DNA of 64,000 nt from Acidobacteriota bacterium (GTDB taxonomy: Bacteria; Acidobacteriota; Thermoanaerobaculia; UBA5066): NCBI GenBank assembly GCA_008363385.1, contig RHKY01000005.1, positions 18,254 to 82,253 on the forward strand, written 5' to 3'. A model generated the notes under the pieces. That model had not been told where the DNA came from. It did no database searches and saw only the letters and a program-made list of their open reading frames with translations. Positions 32,929 through 42,367 of this stretch are shown one piece after another. The translations under genes and the position numbers were made by a program. Every line of letters begins with the position of its first letter. Position 1 is the stretch's first letter.

Positions 32929-35745
32929 TCATCGCGGGAGCGGACTACCGGCGCTGTCATCCGTCGGGACGGTCCGGCACGGGTGGGCGTGGTGGGCGGA
33001 GGCGGCGTGCGTCAATCCCGCGTCGCGTGCCGCGAGCGCCCACAGCTCCCGGCCCGAGTCCGGGTGGAACGCGACGAAGAAGAGGTCGTCGCACGTCGCG
33101 GCGAAGAGGGAAGGGCTCGAGGAGCCGGCGCCGGGGGCGACGTCCGCGAGCATCCGCGTCCCCGTCGTCGTCCCGTCGCTCGTCCACGGCTCGGCGCCGT
33201 GCGGACCGTCGGAGGCCGAGAGCATCAGGACGTTCCCGACCTCCGTGAGGCTCGACGGGAACGAGCCCGAAGGACCAGGCAGGATGTCGGCGAGGAGCCG
33301 GGTTCCCTCCACGGTCCCGTCACTCGTCCAGAGCTCGTGGCCGTGCTCGGCGTCCCAGGCGGCGAAGAAGAGCTTCCCACGCGCCGCCGTGAGATTCGAG
33401 AGAGCCGGGGGGAGGAAATAGAGAGCTCGCGGGGGCGCCTCGAACCGGGCGAGGAGGCGGGTCCCCTCGCTCGTGCCGTCCGTGACGAAGAGGGCGGCGT
33501 TCCGGCTGGCGTCGACGGCGGCGAAGAAAAACGTGCGGCCGACCGGCGTCAGCTCGTCCTGAGAGTCCCACCCCGAAGCAGGGCCATCCAGGACGAGCCT
33601 GGTCCCCTCCGGCGTTCCGTCGCTCGACCAGACGCCCCGCTTCGTCCAGGTCGAGCCGGCGAAGAGCAGCGTCCTCCCGGTCGCTGCGAGCGGGCGGCGG
33701 GCGGGCCACCCCGTCGGGACGCGGACATCGGAAGCCGCGTGCGTTCCGCCGGACGTCCCGTCGCTGACGTACACCAGCCCGGTAGACGAGGTGCCGGTCG
33801 ATCCCTGAAACGCAGCCCCTTTGTCGAACGGGATCATGATCTGGTCGTAGCCTGCCGGGAAGGAACTGACCTCCTCGGTCGTCGTGCTGCCGGCCGGGAG
33901 GCGCATCAGCGCGCAGCACTGGCTCGAGGATTGGGACGCGAGGTAGAGGATCGAATCGTGCGTCGCGACCGGACGAGGAGGAAACGTGACGCGGGCCCCG
34001 CGGTCCGTCGTCGTGACGGCCGTGGTCTCCCAGCGATTGCCGTTGGTCGAGTAGAGCCGCCTCTGGCCTTCGGCGGTCGCGAAGAACCAGGTCCGCGCCC
34101 CGAACAGCGTGAAGCCTCGCGGGCTCGAGGAGCCGGTCCCGCCGAGGAGGTCCGCGAACCTCCGCGTTCCTCCCTCCGTCCCGTCGCTCTCCCACAGCTC
34201 CTCTCCGAGCTCGTCGATCCCGTCGAAGTAGAGCCGGTCCGGGAGGGCGAAGAGCTCTCGGGTCCGCGAGGAGTTCGGATCACGCCGCCTCGTCAACGGG
34301 ATCGTCCCGCTCGCCGTTCCGTCGCTCACCCAGACTGTCGAACCGTTCGCGTCACCGCCCGCGAAGAAGAGCCGGCCCTCCACGGCGGCGGCGAATGAGA
34401 GAGTGGGCCATGTCCACGCAAGACCGATCTCCCCGAGCCGGCGCGTGCCCGCTTCCGTTCCGTCGCTCGTCCAGAGGCTCGACGGGGCTCCGGGTGTGGA
34501 GACCCAGAAGAAGAGCCGCCCGTTCACGACAGCCGGGGCGAGGACACGGCCCGTCGGGGAGCCCGTGGCAAGCGCCGACACCTTGACCGTTCCTTCGACG
34601 GTCCCGTCGGTCCGCCAGATCTCCGGCCTTTGCTCGGCGTCGGTGACGCCCAGGTACGCGACACCGCCGCCGCTGGCCATCGCCGTGACGCTCAGGGGAG
34701 CCAGGAGGGCCGGCTCCCGAACCTCTCCCGAGGTCACCCAGAGCCCGCCCCCTTCGTCCGCAGAGGCGGCGAAGACGAGACGATCGTCGATCGCCGCCCA
34801 CTTGGGCCAGTACAGCGAGGTGTCGCGCAGCGCGAAGTTGCCGACCCGACGGGTCCCCGCGGCCGTCCCGTCGGTCCGCCAGATCGCCTGGCCGTGCACT
34901 CCGTCGTCCGCCAGGAAATGGAGGTGATCCCTGGTGGCGATCGGGACAGGCCACAGGACGTACCAGGGAATGTCGCTGGAGGCCCCGAGCTGGAACGAGG
35001 ACGCGGAACCGGGAGCGATGTCCTTGACGAGAATGGTCCCGCTGGCCGTCCCGTCGCTTCGCCAGAGCTCGGTGCCGTGCTGGCCGTCCTTCACGGCGAG
35101 GAGGAGAGTGGAACCGACGGACCCGAGGACGCGGACTCCGGAGCCGCTCTCGGCGAACCGCGTGACGAACGCCGTGCCACGAGCCGTTCCGTCGCTCTTC
35201 CACAGCTCCGTGTCGGTGCTCCAGCCTTCGCCGGCGAGGAGCCAGAGGGACCCCCCGGCCGAGTGGAGCCACCGGACACCATGGGGCATCGTCGCGAGGG
35301 TCTCCTCTCCGACCAGATGGGTTCCGTCGGGAGTGCCGTCGCTGACGAAGAGGCGCAACCCGGACGAACCGTCGGAACCCAGGAAGTAGAGGAGTCCGCC
35401 GTGCGACGTGAGGGCCCAGGGTGCCGGGTTCTCGAAGCACGACAGGCACGTCCCGGTGGGATCCGACAAGGGCTCGCCCGGCCCAGGGAAGATGTCTTTC
35501 ACGAGCCGCGTCCCCTCGGGAGTCCCGTCGCTCGTCCAGACCTCGAGGCCGGTGCTCTCGTCGCGAGCGACGTAGAAAAGCCTCCGTCCCGCGGCCGTCA
35601 GGTAAGCGGTCTCGAAACCTCGCGCCTTGTCGCCCCCGACGATGTCGCGGACGAGGCGCGCCGCCTGGGCAGACGCGGAGAAGGACGCGAGCGTCGTGGC
35701 GAGGACGACGAGGAACGTAGCGACGGAAGAGCGCGTGTTTCTCAC
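32929..35745 (-). CDS. ELWxxDGT repeat protein (secreted)
   Basis: Signal peptide VATFLVVLATTLASFSASAQA. Many repeats of the type ELW(K/R)SDGT..GT, EVWTSDGTPEGT and EIWRTDGTVEGT. Confidence 0.85.
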   Translation of the reverse strand: MRNTRSSVATFLVVLATTLASFSASAQAARLVRDIVGGDKARGFETAYLTAAGRRLFYVARDESTGLEVWTSDGTPEGTRLVKDIFPGPGEPLSDPTGTCLSCFENPAPWALTSHGGLLYFLGSDGSSGLRLFVSDGTPDGTHLVGEETLATMPHGVRWLHSAGGSLWLLAGEGWSTDTELWKSDGTARGTAFVTRFAESGSGVRVLGSVGSTLLLAVKDGQHGTELWRSDGTASGTILVKDIAPGSASSFQLGASSDIPWYVLWPVPIATRDHLHFLADDGVHGQAIWRTDGTAAGTRRVGNFALRDTSLYWPKWAAIDDRLVFAASADEGGGLWVTSGEVREPALLAPLSVTAMASGGGVAYLGVTDAEQRPEIWRTDGTVEGTVKVSALATGSPTGRVLAPAVVNGRLFFWVSTPGAPSSLWTSDGTEAGTRRLGEIGLAWTWPTLSFAAAVEGRLFFAGGDANGSTVWVSDGTASGTIPLTRRRDPNSSRTRELFALPDRLYFDGIDELGEELWESDGTEGGTRRFADLLGGTGSSSPRGFTLFGARTWFFATAEGQRRLYSTNGNRWETTAVTTTDRGARVTFPPRPVATHDSILYLASQSSSQCCALMRLPAGSTTTEEVSSFPAGYDQIMIPFDKGAAFQGSTGTSSTGLVYVSDGTSGGTHAASDVRVPTGWPARRPLAATGRTLLFAGSTWTKRGVWSSDGTPEGTRLVLDGPASGWDSQDELTPVGRTFFFAAVDASRNAALFVTDGTSEGTRLLARFEAPPRALYFLPPALSNLTAARGKLFFAAWDAEHGHELWTSDGTVEGTRLLADILPGPSGSFPSSLTEVGNVLMLSASDGPHGAEPWTSDGTTTGTRMLADVAPGAGSSSPSLFAATCDDLFFVAFHPDSGRELWALAARDAGLTHAASAHHAHPCRTVPTDDSAGSPLPR

Positions 35746-35766
35746 GGCGTGGCCGTCCCGGCGATC

Positions 35767-36537
35767 CTACGCCGCGGGGACGAAGGCGGTGCGGGCCAGG
35801 AGCAGCTCCCTGGCCGAGCCCGCCTCGGCGACGCGGTGACGAAACGCGGGACCGCCGTCCGGTGCCCCGGGGTCGGGTCCCCGCTCCACCCTCACGCGGG
35901 CCCCGTCGCGCGCCTCGGAGCGGAACGAGAGGGCGAGGGACCGGAGCCTCCCGTCGCGCAGGAGGTCGCGGGGGACCGACTCCAGGACCCAGTCGACGTA
36001 GGCGACGTTGGAGACGTGCCCGTTCAGGTCCAGGTCGGCCCAGCGGACGGAGAGGTCGAGCGACTCCTCCACCGGCTCCGGCGGGAAGAGGCGCGCCAGC
36101 TCGGTCCCGGAGCCGAGAGGCCCGCGGGGCGGGCGGATCGTCCGGACCTCCTCGGGGAGCCGAACGGGCCGGCGCTTGCCGAGGTCGAGGATCAGCCAGA
36201 CGCTCTCGGCTCGCGCCAGCTCGCCTCCGGCGGCGTCGAGGAGGAGGAAGTCGCGGGCCGCCGTCCGCTCGGTCCTGTCGCACGGCCAGGTCTCGACGAG
36301 GACGTCCTCGCGCCAGAGGGGCCAGCGCGTCACCGAGAGCGTCCACTGGACGAGGACCCACGCCAGTCCCCGGGCGACCAGCTCGTCGTACCCGACGCCG
36401 AGCGCCGAGGCGTGCCGGGCGGCGGCCTCCTGCATCAGCTCGCAGGCGGCGCGGGGGGAGAGGCGGCCGCTCCCGTCCGCCTCGGCTCCCCGGATCCGGT
36501 GGGGCTCGCGGAAGACCTCGGAGTTCTCGGGACTCAC
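35767..36537 (-). CDS. Acyl-ACP thioesterase family protein
   Basis: A double hot-dog layout, with RIRGAEADGSGRLS...LMQEAA..H and a second half WADLDLNGHVSNVAYVDW typical of FatA/B-like thioesterases. Confidence 0.8.
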   Translation of the reverse strand: MSPENSEVFREPHRIRGAEADGSGRLSPRAACELMQEAAARHASALGVGYDELVARGLAWVLVQWTLSVTRWPLWREDVLVETWPCDRTERTAARDFLLLDAAGGELARAESVWLILDLGKRRPVRLPEEVRTIRPPRGPLGSGTELARLFPPEPVEESLDLSVRWADLDLNGHVSNVAYVDWVLESVPRDLLRDGRLRSLALSFRSEARDGARVRVERGPDPGAPDGGPAFRHRVAEAGSARELLLARTAFVPAA

Positions 36538-36596
36538 GCCGGGGATTCTCGCCCGGTACCGCGGGCCTTCGCCGTCAGGCCGATCCGAGACGATCC

Positions 36597-36643
36597 GTTT
36601 CAGGCCGTGTCACGCTGAAACGTTTCGTCCGGAGGCCTGAAAC
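36597..36643. promoter_or_regulatory. Nested palindromes (four TGAAAC/GTTTCA half-sites) in the thioesterase/psrA divergent intergenic region
   Basis: GTTTCAGGCC (36597-36606) and GGCCTGAAAC (36634-36643) form a perfect 10-bp inverted repeat. It encloses the perfect palindrome GAAACGTTTC (36617-36626). Confidence 0.4.
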
Positions 36644-36739
36644 ATCGCGTCGACCCGAATCGTGCGAATCGCCCGAACCCCGCCGATCCGGCTGGCGCGG
36701 ATCTTGTTCTTACGGCGCGGGACACCAGGAGGGCCACGC

Positions 36740-38992
36740 ATGTCCACGACCCGGAGGGACTTCATCAGGATCGGCGGAACGGGGATGGGCGCGGCCGCGC
36801 TCGGCTCGGGCGTCGTCACGAAGTGGTGGGGGCTCGACCGCGACGTCGTCCCCGACCCGGCGACCGACGGCGAGAAGGTCGTGCCGACGTTCTGCGAGCT
36901 CTGCTTCTGGAAGTGCGGCGTCCTGGCCCACGTCAAGGACGGCAAGGTCACGAAGCTCGTCGGCAACCCCGAGCACCCGCTCTCGCGCGGCCACCTCTGC
37001 CCGCGCGGGACCGGCGGCACCGGCCTCCTGTACGACCCGGACCGGCTGAAGAAGCCGCTCCTCCGGAAGAGAGGGAAGCGGGGCGAGCAGTCCTTCGAGG
37101 AGGTCTCCTGGGAGACGGCCCTCGACTTCACGGCCGAGAAGCTCCTGAAGATCCGGAAGGAGTGCGGCCCGGACAAGGTCGCCCTCTTCTCGCACGGGTA
37201 CGGCGGGTCGTTCTTCAAGCACCTCCTCTCGGCCTACGGCTCGGGGAACGTGACGGCGCCGTCGTACGGGCAGTGCCGCGGGCCGCGCGAGGTGGCCTTC
37301 AACCTGACGTTCGGCGCGCCGGTCGGCTCGCCGGAGGCCCTCGACATCGAGAACGCCCGCGTCCTGACGCTGATCGGCTCGCACCTGGGCGAGAACATGC
37401 ACAACACCCAGGTCCAGGACATGGCCCGGATGATCGGCAAGGGGGGCGAGCTGGTCGTCGTCGACCCGCGCTTCTCCACGGCCGCGGGGAAGGCCCGGTA
37501 CTGGCTCCCGATCCGGCCCGGGACGGACCTGGCCCTGCTCCTCGCCTGGATGCACGTCATCGTCGAGGAGGGGCTCTGGGACCGCGACTACGTCGAGAAG
37601 TACGCGACGGGGTTCGACGAGCTGCGGAAGCACCTCGAGGACAAGACCCCGGAGTGGGCCTTCACCGAGACCTCGATCCCGCCGGAGAGGATCGTGGAGA
37701 CGGCGCGGTTCGTCGCCGGGGCGCGCCCCGCCTCGCTCGTCCACCCGGGACGGCACGTGACGTGGTACGGCGACGACGTCCAGCGCTCGCGCGCCGTCGC
37801 GATCCTGAACGCCCTCCTCGGCTCGTGGGGCCGGAGGGGCGGCTTCTTCCTCCCGGCCTCGATGCCGGTCCCGAAGTTCCCGGTGCCCGACTACGCCGCC
37901 CCGCCGAAGACGGTCCAGGATGCGCCGAACGGGACGGTCTACCCGTTCGCCGAGGAGGTCCTGGCCAACGGGGTCTGCGACGCGACGGTCCCCGGGCGGA
38001 TCGGGACGAAGGGGTGCCCGGTGAAGGGGTGGATCGTCTACGGGACGAACCTCCTCCAGGCCCTCCCGCAGCCCGCGCAGGTCGTCGAGGCGATCCAGCA
38101 CCTCGACCTCCTCGTGGCGATCGACGTCCTCCCCGCAGAGATCGTCGGGTACGCCGACGTGGTCCTCCCCGAGGCGACCTACCTGGAGCGGTGGGACGAC
38201 GTCGGGCCGACCCCGTGGCGCGAGCCGTTCCTGGCCGTCCGCCAGCCGGTCGTCCCGCCGATGTACGAGAGCAAGCCCGGCTGGTGGATCGCCAAGGAGC
38301 TCGCGAAGCGGATGGGCCTCGGGGCCTACTTCCCGTGGGAGGACGCCGGCGCGATGGTCGCCGAGCGCCTCGCGAAGGGGGGCTACGACGTCGAGGAGCT
38401 GAAGCGGAAGGGTGTCGTCCGCGGGAAGAGGGTCCCGGTGGCCACGGAGGACGGCCTGGAGCTGACGTTCGCCACACCCTCGGGGAAGATCGAGCTCTTC
38501 TCGAAGCGGATGGGGGAGGCGGGCCTCCCGCCGCTGCCGGTCTACACGCGCCACCCGTGGCCCGCCGACGGGCAGTTCCGCCTCCTCTTCGGGCGGAACC
38601 CGGTCCACACGTTCGGCCGGACGACGAACAACCGGTTCCTCTCCGAGGTGTACGCCGAGAACGAGGTCTGGATGAACGCGAAAGCGGCCAAGGAGCAGGG
38701 GCTCATGGGCGGGGAGCGCGTCGTCCTCGTCAACCAGGACGGCGTCCGCTCGCAGCCGGCGCGCCTGAAGGCGACGCAGCGGATCCGGCCCGACTGCGTC
38801 TTCGTCGTCCACGGGTACGGGCACGAGAGCCCGGGTCTGAGGTTCGCCAGGGGACGGGGCCTGGACGACGCGCGTCTGGTGACGAAGATCGCCGTCGACC
38901 CCGTCGCCGGGACGACCGGGATGAGCGTGAACTTCGTGACGGTCGAGAAGGCGGCGGGCGAAGGCGCCCCGGCCGCGAAGGCGGAGGCCTGA
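36740..38992 (+). CDS. Molybdopterin oxidoreductase catalytic subunit, Psr/Phs/Ttr-like, Tat-exported
   Basis: AGGAGGG RBS, then MSTTRRDFIRIGGTGMGAAALG (twin-arginine signal). The 4Fe-4S motif is CELCFWKCG...C. Molybdopterin-binding domains run throughout. Confidence 0.85.
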   Translation: MSTTRRDFIRIGGTGMGAAALGSGVVTKWWGLDRDVVPDPATDGEKVVPTFCELCFWKCGVLAHVKDGKVTKLVGNPEHPLSRGHLCPRGTGGTGLLYDPDRLKKPLLRKRGKRGEQSFEEVSWETALDFTAEKLLKIRKECGPDKVALFSHGYGGSFFKHLLSAYGSGNVTAPSYGQCRGPREVAFNLTFGAPVGSPEALDIENARVLTLIGSHLGENMHNTQVQDMARMIGKGGELVVVDPRFSTAAGKARYWLPIRPGTDLALLLAWMHVIVEEGLWDRDYVEKYATGFDELRKHLEDKTPEWAFTETSIPPERIVETARFVAGARPASLVHPGRHVTWYGDDVQRSRAVAILNALLGSWGRRGGFFLPASMPVPKFPVPDYAAPPKTVQDAPNGTVYPFAEEVLANGVCDATVPGRIGTKGCPVKGWIVYGTNLLQALPQPAQVVEAIQHLDLLVAIDVLPAEIVGYADVVLPEATYLERWDDVGPTPWREPFLAVRQPVVPPMYESKPGWWIAKELAKRMGLGAYFPWEDAGAMVAERLAKGGYDVEELKRKGVVRGKRVPVATEDGLELTFATPSGKIELFSKRMGEAGLPPLPVYTRHPWPADGQFRLLFGRNPVHTFGRTTNNRFLSEVYAENEVWMNAKAAKEQGLMGGERVVLVNQDGVRSQPARLKATQRIRPDCVFVVHGYGHESPGLRFARGRGLDDARLVTKIAVDPVAGTTGMSVNFVTVEKAAGEGAPAAKAEA

Positions 38993-38993
38993 G

Positions 38994-39548
38994 ATGGGCG
39001 CCCCGCGCGACGACGCCCGCCACGCGATGACCGCCGACACGCGCCTCTGCGTCGGGTGCAAGGCGTGCGTCCTGGCCTGCAAGGCCGAGAACGCCGTCCC
39101 CGACGGCCTCAGCCGCGACTGGATCGTCGAGGAGGTCCGCGGCGAGTTCCCGGCCCTCTCGGCCGAGATCCGCTCCGAGCGGTGCAACCACTGCTCCGAC
39201 GCCCCCTGCGTGAAGGCCTGCCCCACCGGGGCGAGCTGGGTCGCCGAGGGGGGCGTCGTCCTGGTGACGCACGGCAAGTGCTCGGGCTGCAAGGCCTGCA
39301 TCAGCGCCTGCCCGTACGACGCCCGCTTCGTCCACCCCGAGGGATACGTCGACAAGTGCACCTTCTGCCTCCACCGGGTGCAGAAGGGGCTCGCCCCCGC
39401 CTGCGCGACCGTCTGCCCGACCGGGGCGCTGACGTTCGGGGACCGGAACGACCCGGAGTCGGCCGTGGCCCGCCAGCTCGCGAGCCGGCGCTCGAAGGTG
39501 AAGCACCCCGAGAGCGGCGCCGGCCCGAACCTCTTCTTCCTGCTGTGA
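38994..39548 (+). CDS. 4x[4Fe-4S] electron-transfer subunit (PsrB/NrfC/DmsB family)
   Basis: CVGCKACVLACKAEN, CNHCSDAPCVKACPTGA, CSGCKACISACPYDA, CTFC...CATVCPTGA. Confidence 0.85.
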   Translation: MGAPRDDARHAMTADTRLCVGCKACVLACKAENAVPDGLSRDWIVEEVRGEFPALSAEIRSERCNHCSDAPCVKACPTGASWVAEGGVVLVTHGKCSGCKACISACPYDARFVHPEGYVDKCTFCLHRVQKGLAPACATVCPTGALTFGDRNDPESAVARQLASRRSKVKHPESGAGPNLFFLL

Positions 39549-39555
39549 GGCCGCG

Positions 39556-40524
39556 ATGAACCCGCTCGTCGAGACCGTCACCACCCGCGCCAACCGCGGC
39601 ATCGACCCCGTCCTCCACGCCTGGGGCTGGGAGATCGTCGTCTACCTCTTCCTGGGCGGCGTCGTGGCCGGGATCCTCGTCTGGACGGCGGCCCTCGAGC
39701 TCCGCTCCGGCAGTCGCCCTCGCTCGCGAGCGCTCCTCCCGATGCCGTTCGTGGCGCTCGGCCTCCTCTCGGTCGGGATGCTGGCGCTCTGGCTCGACCT
39801 GGCGAACCGCCTCTGGGCCTGGCGCTTCTACGCCTTCTTCCGCGCCACCTCGCCCATGTCGTGGGGCGCCTGGATCCTCGTCCTGATCTACCCGGCCGGG
39901 CTCCTCTTCGGCCTCGGCTCGCTCGACCCGGCGCAGCGGGAGTGGCTGCGGGCGAAGACGCCCCGTTTGCTCTCGGGCCTCCTCGGGACGCTCCAAGGGT
40001 GGGCCGACGGGGCGCGGCGCGGGGTCCTCGCGACGAACGTCGTCCTGGGGGTCGGCCTCGGGATCTACACGGGGCTCCTCCTCGGGACGATGCCGGCGAG
40101 GATCCAGTGGAACACCGCGGTCCTGGGCCCGCTGTTCCTCGCGTCCGGCCTCTCGACCGGGGCGGCGTTCCTCCTCCTCTTCCGCCTCGACCCCGAGGAG
40201 CGCGAGACGCTCGCGCGCTGGGACGTCCTGGCAATCGGGGCCGAGCTCGTCCTGATCGCGCTGATGCTCGTCGGCTTCTCGACGTCGGGGGAGGCGGGGC
40301 AGCTGGCGGCCTCGAACCTCCTCGGCGGGCCGTACACGGCGGCCTTCTGGTCGGTCGTCGTCGTGAGCGGGCTCCTCGTCCCGCTGGCGATGGAGCTCCT
40401 CGAGAAGCGGCGCCGGCTCCCGTTCGTCGCCGTCATCCCCGTCCTCGTCCTCTCCGGCGGGGTCGCCCTCCGCTGGATCCTCCTCGTGGCCGGGCAGGCG
40501 ACCGCCTTCCGGCTCCTCCCCTGA
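39556..40524 (+). CDS. NrfD/PsrC-type integral membrane quinol-interacting subunit
   Basis: 322 aa with about eight hydrophobic helices. Its position after the A and B subunits is the canonical one. Confidence 0.8.
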   Translation: MNPLVETVTTRANRGIDPVLHAWGWEIVVYLFLGGVVAGILVWTAALELRSGSRPRSRALLPMPFVALGLLSVGMLALWLDLANRLWAWRFYAFFRATSPMSWGAWILVLIYPAGLLFGLGSLDPAQREWLRAKTPRLLSGLLGTLQGWADGARRGVLATNVVLGVGLGIYTGLLLGTMPARIQWNTAVLGPLFLASGLSTGAAFLLLFRLDPEERETLARWDVLAIGAELVLIALMLVGFSTSGEAGQLAASNLLGGPYTAAFWSVVVVSGLLVPLAMELLEKRRRLPFVAVIPVLVLSGGVALRWILLVAGQATAFRLLP

Positions 40525-40537
40525 AGAGGTGAGCCCG

Positions 40538-41080
40538 ATGTCGCACCCCGATCCCGCAGTCGCCCCCCCGGCCGAGCGGCCGTTCTGGAACCCCTACGTG
40601 GCGGGCGTCGTCCTCGGCCTCGTCCTCCTCTCCTCGTTCCTCGCCATGGGGTGGGGCCTCGGCTCCTCCAGCGCCGCCACGCGCCTGGCCGTCGGGGCGG
40701 CCCACGTCGTCGTGCCCGGCCCCGTCGAGCGGAACGCCTACTTCTCGCAGTACGTCGGGGGCGGGCGGAACGCGCTCGACGACTGGATGGTCTTCGAGGT
40801 GCTCGGCGTCTTCCTCGGAGGGGCTCTCGCGGCCTACTCGGGCGGGCGGATGAAGCTGGGCTGGGAGAAGGGGCCGACCACGTCGAAGGGGACCCGCCTC
40901 CTCTACGCGATCGCGGGCGGCGTCCTGATGGGCTTCGCCGCTCGCCTCGCCCGCGGCTGCACGTCGGGCCAGGCCCTGACGGGCGGCGCGGTCCTCGGCC
41001 TCGGCTCGTGGGTCTTCATGATGGCGGTCTTCGCCGGCGGCTACCTCGTCGCCCCGTTCGTGAAGAGGCAGTGGCGATGA
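40538..41080 (+). CDS. YeeE/YedE-family sulfur-compound transporter half-protein
   Basis: ARLARGCTSGQALTGG signature and four hydrophobic helices. A GAAGAGGTGA RBS-like stretch precedes ATG 40538. An in-frame GTG at 40529 is also possible. Confidence 0.8.
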   Translation: MSHPDPAVAPPAERPFWNPYVAGVVLGLVLLSSFLAMGWGLGSSSAATRLAVGAAHVVVPGPVERNAYFSQYVGGGRNALDDWMVFEVLGVFLGGALAAYSGGRMKLGWEKGPTTSKGTRLLYAIAGGVLMGFAARLARGCTSGQALTGGAVLGLGSWVFMMAVFAGGYLVAPFVKRQWR

Positions 41081-42264
41081 GCGGCTCCCTCTTCCCCGTC
41101 TACGCCCGCGACCTCTTCGGACACGGCTGGGGCCTCGTCGCCGGGACGCTCATCGGGATGGCCTTCGGGTTCGTCCTGGAGCGGGCCGGCTTCGGGCGCG
41201 CCCGGAACCTCGCCGCGCAGTTCTACCTGACCGACACGCGCGTCCTGAAGGTGATGTTCTCGGCGATCGTCACGGCCATGGTCGGCCTCGCCCTCCTGTC
41301 GGGCCTGGGCCTCGTCGACCTGACGCTCCTGACGATCCCCGAGACGTTCCTCTGGCCGCAGCTCGTGGGGGGCCTCCTCCTCGGCGTCGGCTTCATCGTC
41401 TCGGGCTACTGCCCGGGGACCGGAGTCGTCGCCGCGGCCTCCGGGAACCTGGACGGGGCCGCGAGCCTCCTCGGCGTGGCGGCCGGGTCGCTCGCCTTCG
41501 GCCTGGTCTACGCGCCGCTCGAGTCGTTCTACCTGAGCGGGTCGATGGGGGTCGTCACGCTCCACGGCGCGCTCGGCGTCCCGATGGCCGTCGTGGCCGC
41601 GGGCGTCGTGGCCATGGCCGTCGGCGCGTTCCTGGGCGGCGAGGCGCTGGAGCGGGTCTTCGCCAGGCGCGCCGGCCTCGTGCCGCCGGCCTCGCCTCGG
41701 GTCGTGAAGACCCGCGTCTTCGCCGGCTTCGCCGCCGTCGCGGGGCTCGCCCTCCTCGCCCTCGCCCTCCCGCGGAAGCCCGTCGAGGTCGCCGCGCGCG
41801 TCCCGGACCGGGTCGACGCGGTCGCCCTCGCGCGGAAGCTCGTCGCGGACCCGCAGGGCGTCTGGCTCCTCGACCTGCGCCCCGAGGGGACGAAGGACGT
41901 CGCCCGGATCCCGGGTGCGATACCGCTCCCCGCTGGCGACGCCGCGGGCACGTTCGCCGCGGGCCTCGCCCCGACCCGGACGCTCGTCGTCTACGCCGAG
42001 GGGGACCCGGTGGCTCTCCCGGCCGGTGTCCTCGCCTACCGCGGCCCGGTCTCCGTCCTCGTCGGCGGCTACGCCGCGTGGCAGGCCGGCGTCCTGACGG
42101 CGCCCGTTCCCCCCGCCGAGGCGACGCCGGTGCGGATCGCCGAGTTCGAGGCGCGCCGCGCCCTCCACTCGCGCTTCACCGGCGCCGTCACCGAGGCTCC
42201 GAAGCTCGTCGTCCGGCCCGTTTCCTCCGCCCCCGCCGCTCCGAAGAAGGGCGGCGGCTGCTGA
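41077..42264 (+). CDS. YeeE/YedE-family half-protein fused to a rhodanese-like domain
   Basis: The ATG overlaps the upstream stop (ATGA). VSGYCPGTGVVAAASG signature. The C-terminal LLDLRPEGTKDVARIPGAIPLP...LVVYAEGDPVALPAG...VGGYAAWQ has a rhodanese fold with Ala at the usual catalytic Cys position. The protein ends in KKGGGC. Confidence 0.8.
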   Translation: MSGSLFPVYARDLFGHGWGLVAGTLIGMAFGFVLERAGFGRARNLAAQFYLTDTRVLKVMFSAIVTAMVGLALLSGLGLVDLTLLTIPETFLWPQLVGGLLLGVGFIVSGYCPGTGVVAAASGNLDGAASLLGVAAGSLAFGLVYAPLESFYLSGSMGVVTLHGALGVPMAVVAAGVVAMAVGAFLGGEALERVFARRAGLVPPASPRVVKTRVFAGFAAVAGLALLALALPRKPVEVAARVPDRVDAVALARKLVADPQGVWLLDLRPEGTKDVARIPGAIPLPAGDAAGTFAAGLAPTRTLVVYAEGDPVALPAGVLAYRGPVSVLVGGYAAWQAGVLTAPVPPAEATPVRIAEFEARRALHSRFTGAVTEAPKLVVRPVSSAPAAPKKGGGC

Positions 42265-42367
42265 AGACCTGAAACGCCGGCCGGCCGGAGGGGCCGGGCG
42301 GCGGACCGAACCCGTCCAGATCGAACCCGGCACGCCCCGACCGGGCGCGCCCCATGGAGAGTGTGTG

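Noticed and set aside
32742-32960. N-terminal 73-codon extension of the histidine kinase ORF (start at 32960)
   Set aside because: The extension overlaps the 3' end of the ELWxxDGT gene and is Arg/Pro-rich without features. A TTG at 32741 preceded by GGTGG gives a kinase that begins just before its first TM helix. The start remains uncertain.
36710-39361. 883-aa minus-strand ORF opposite psrA/psrB, and plus-strand ORF 36823-39030
   Set aside because: Junk composition. The psrA frame has a Tat signal and Fe-S and molybdopterin motifs.
42268-42275. Additional CCTGAAAC motif after the rhodanese-fusion stop, as a second operator related to the psrA palindromes
   Set aside because: It is a single half-site. 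By rough base-composition reasoning, several chance TGAAAC hits are expected in 64 kb, so one isolated copy is not evidence.
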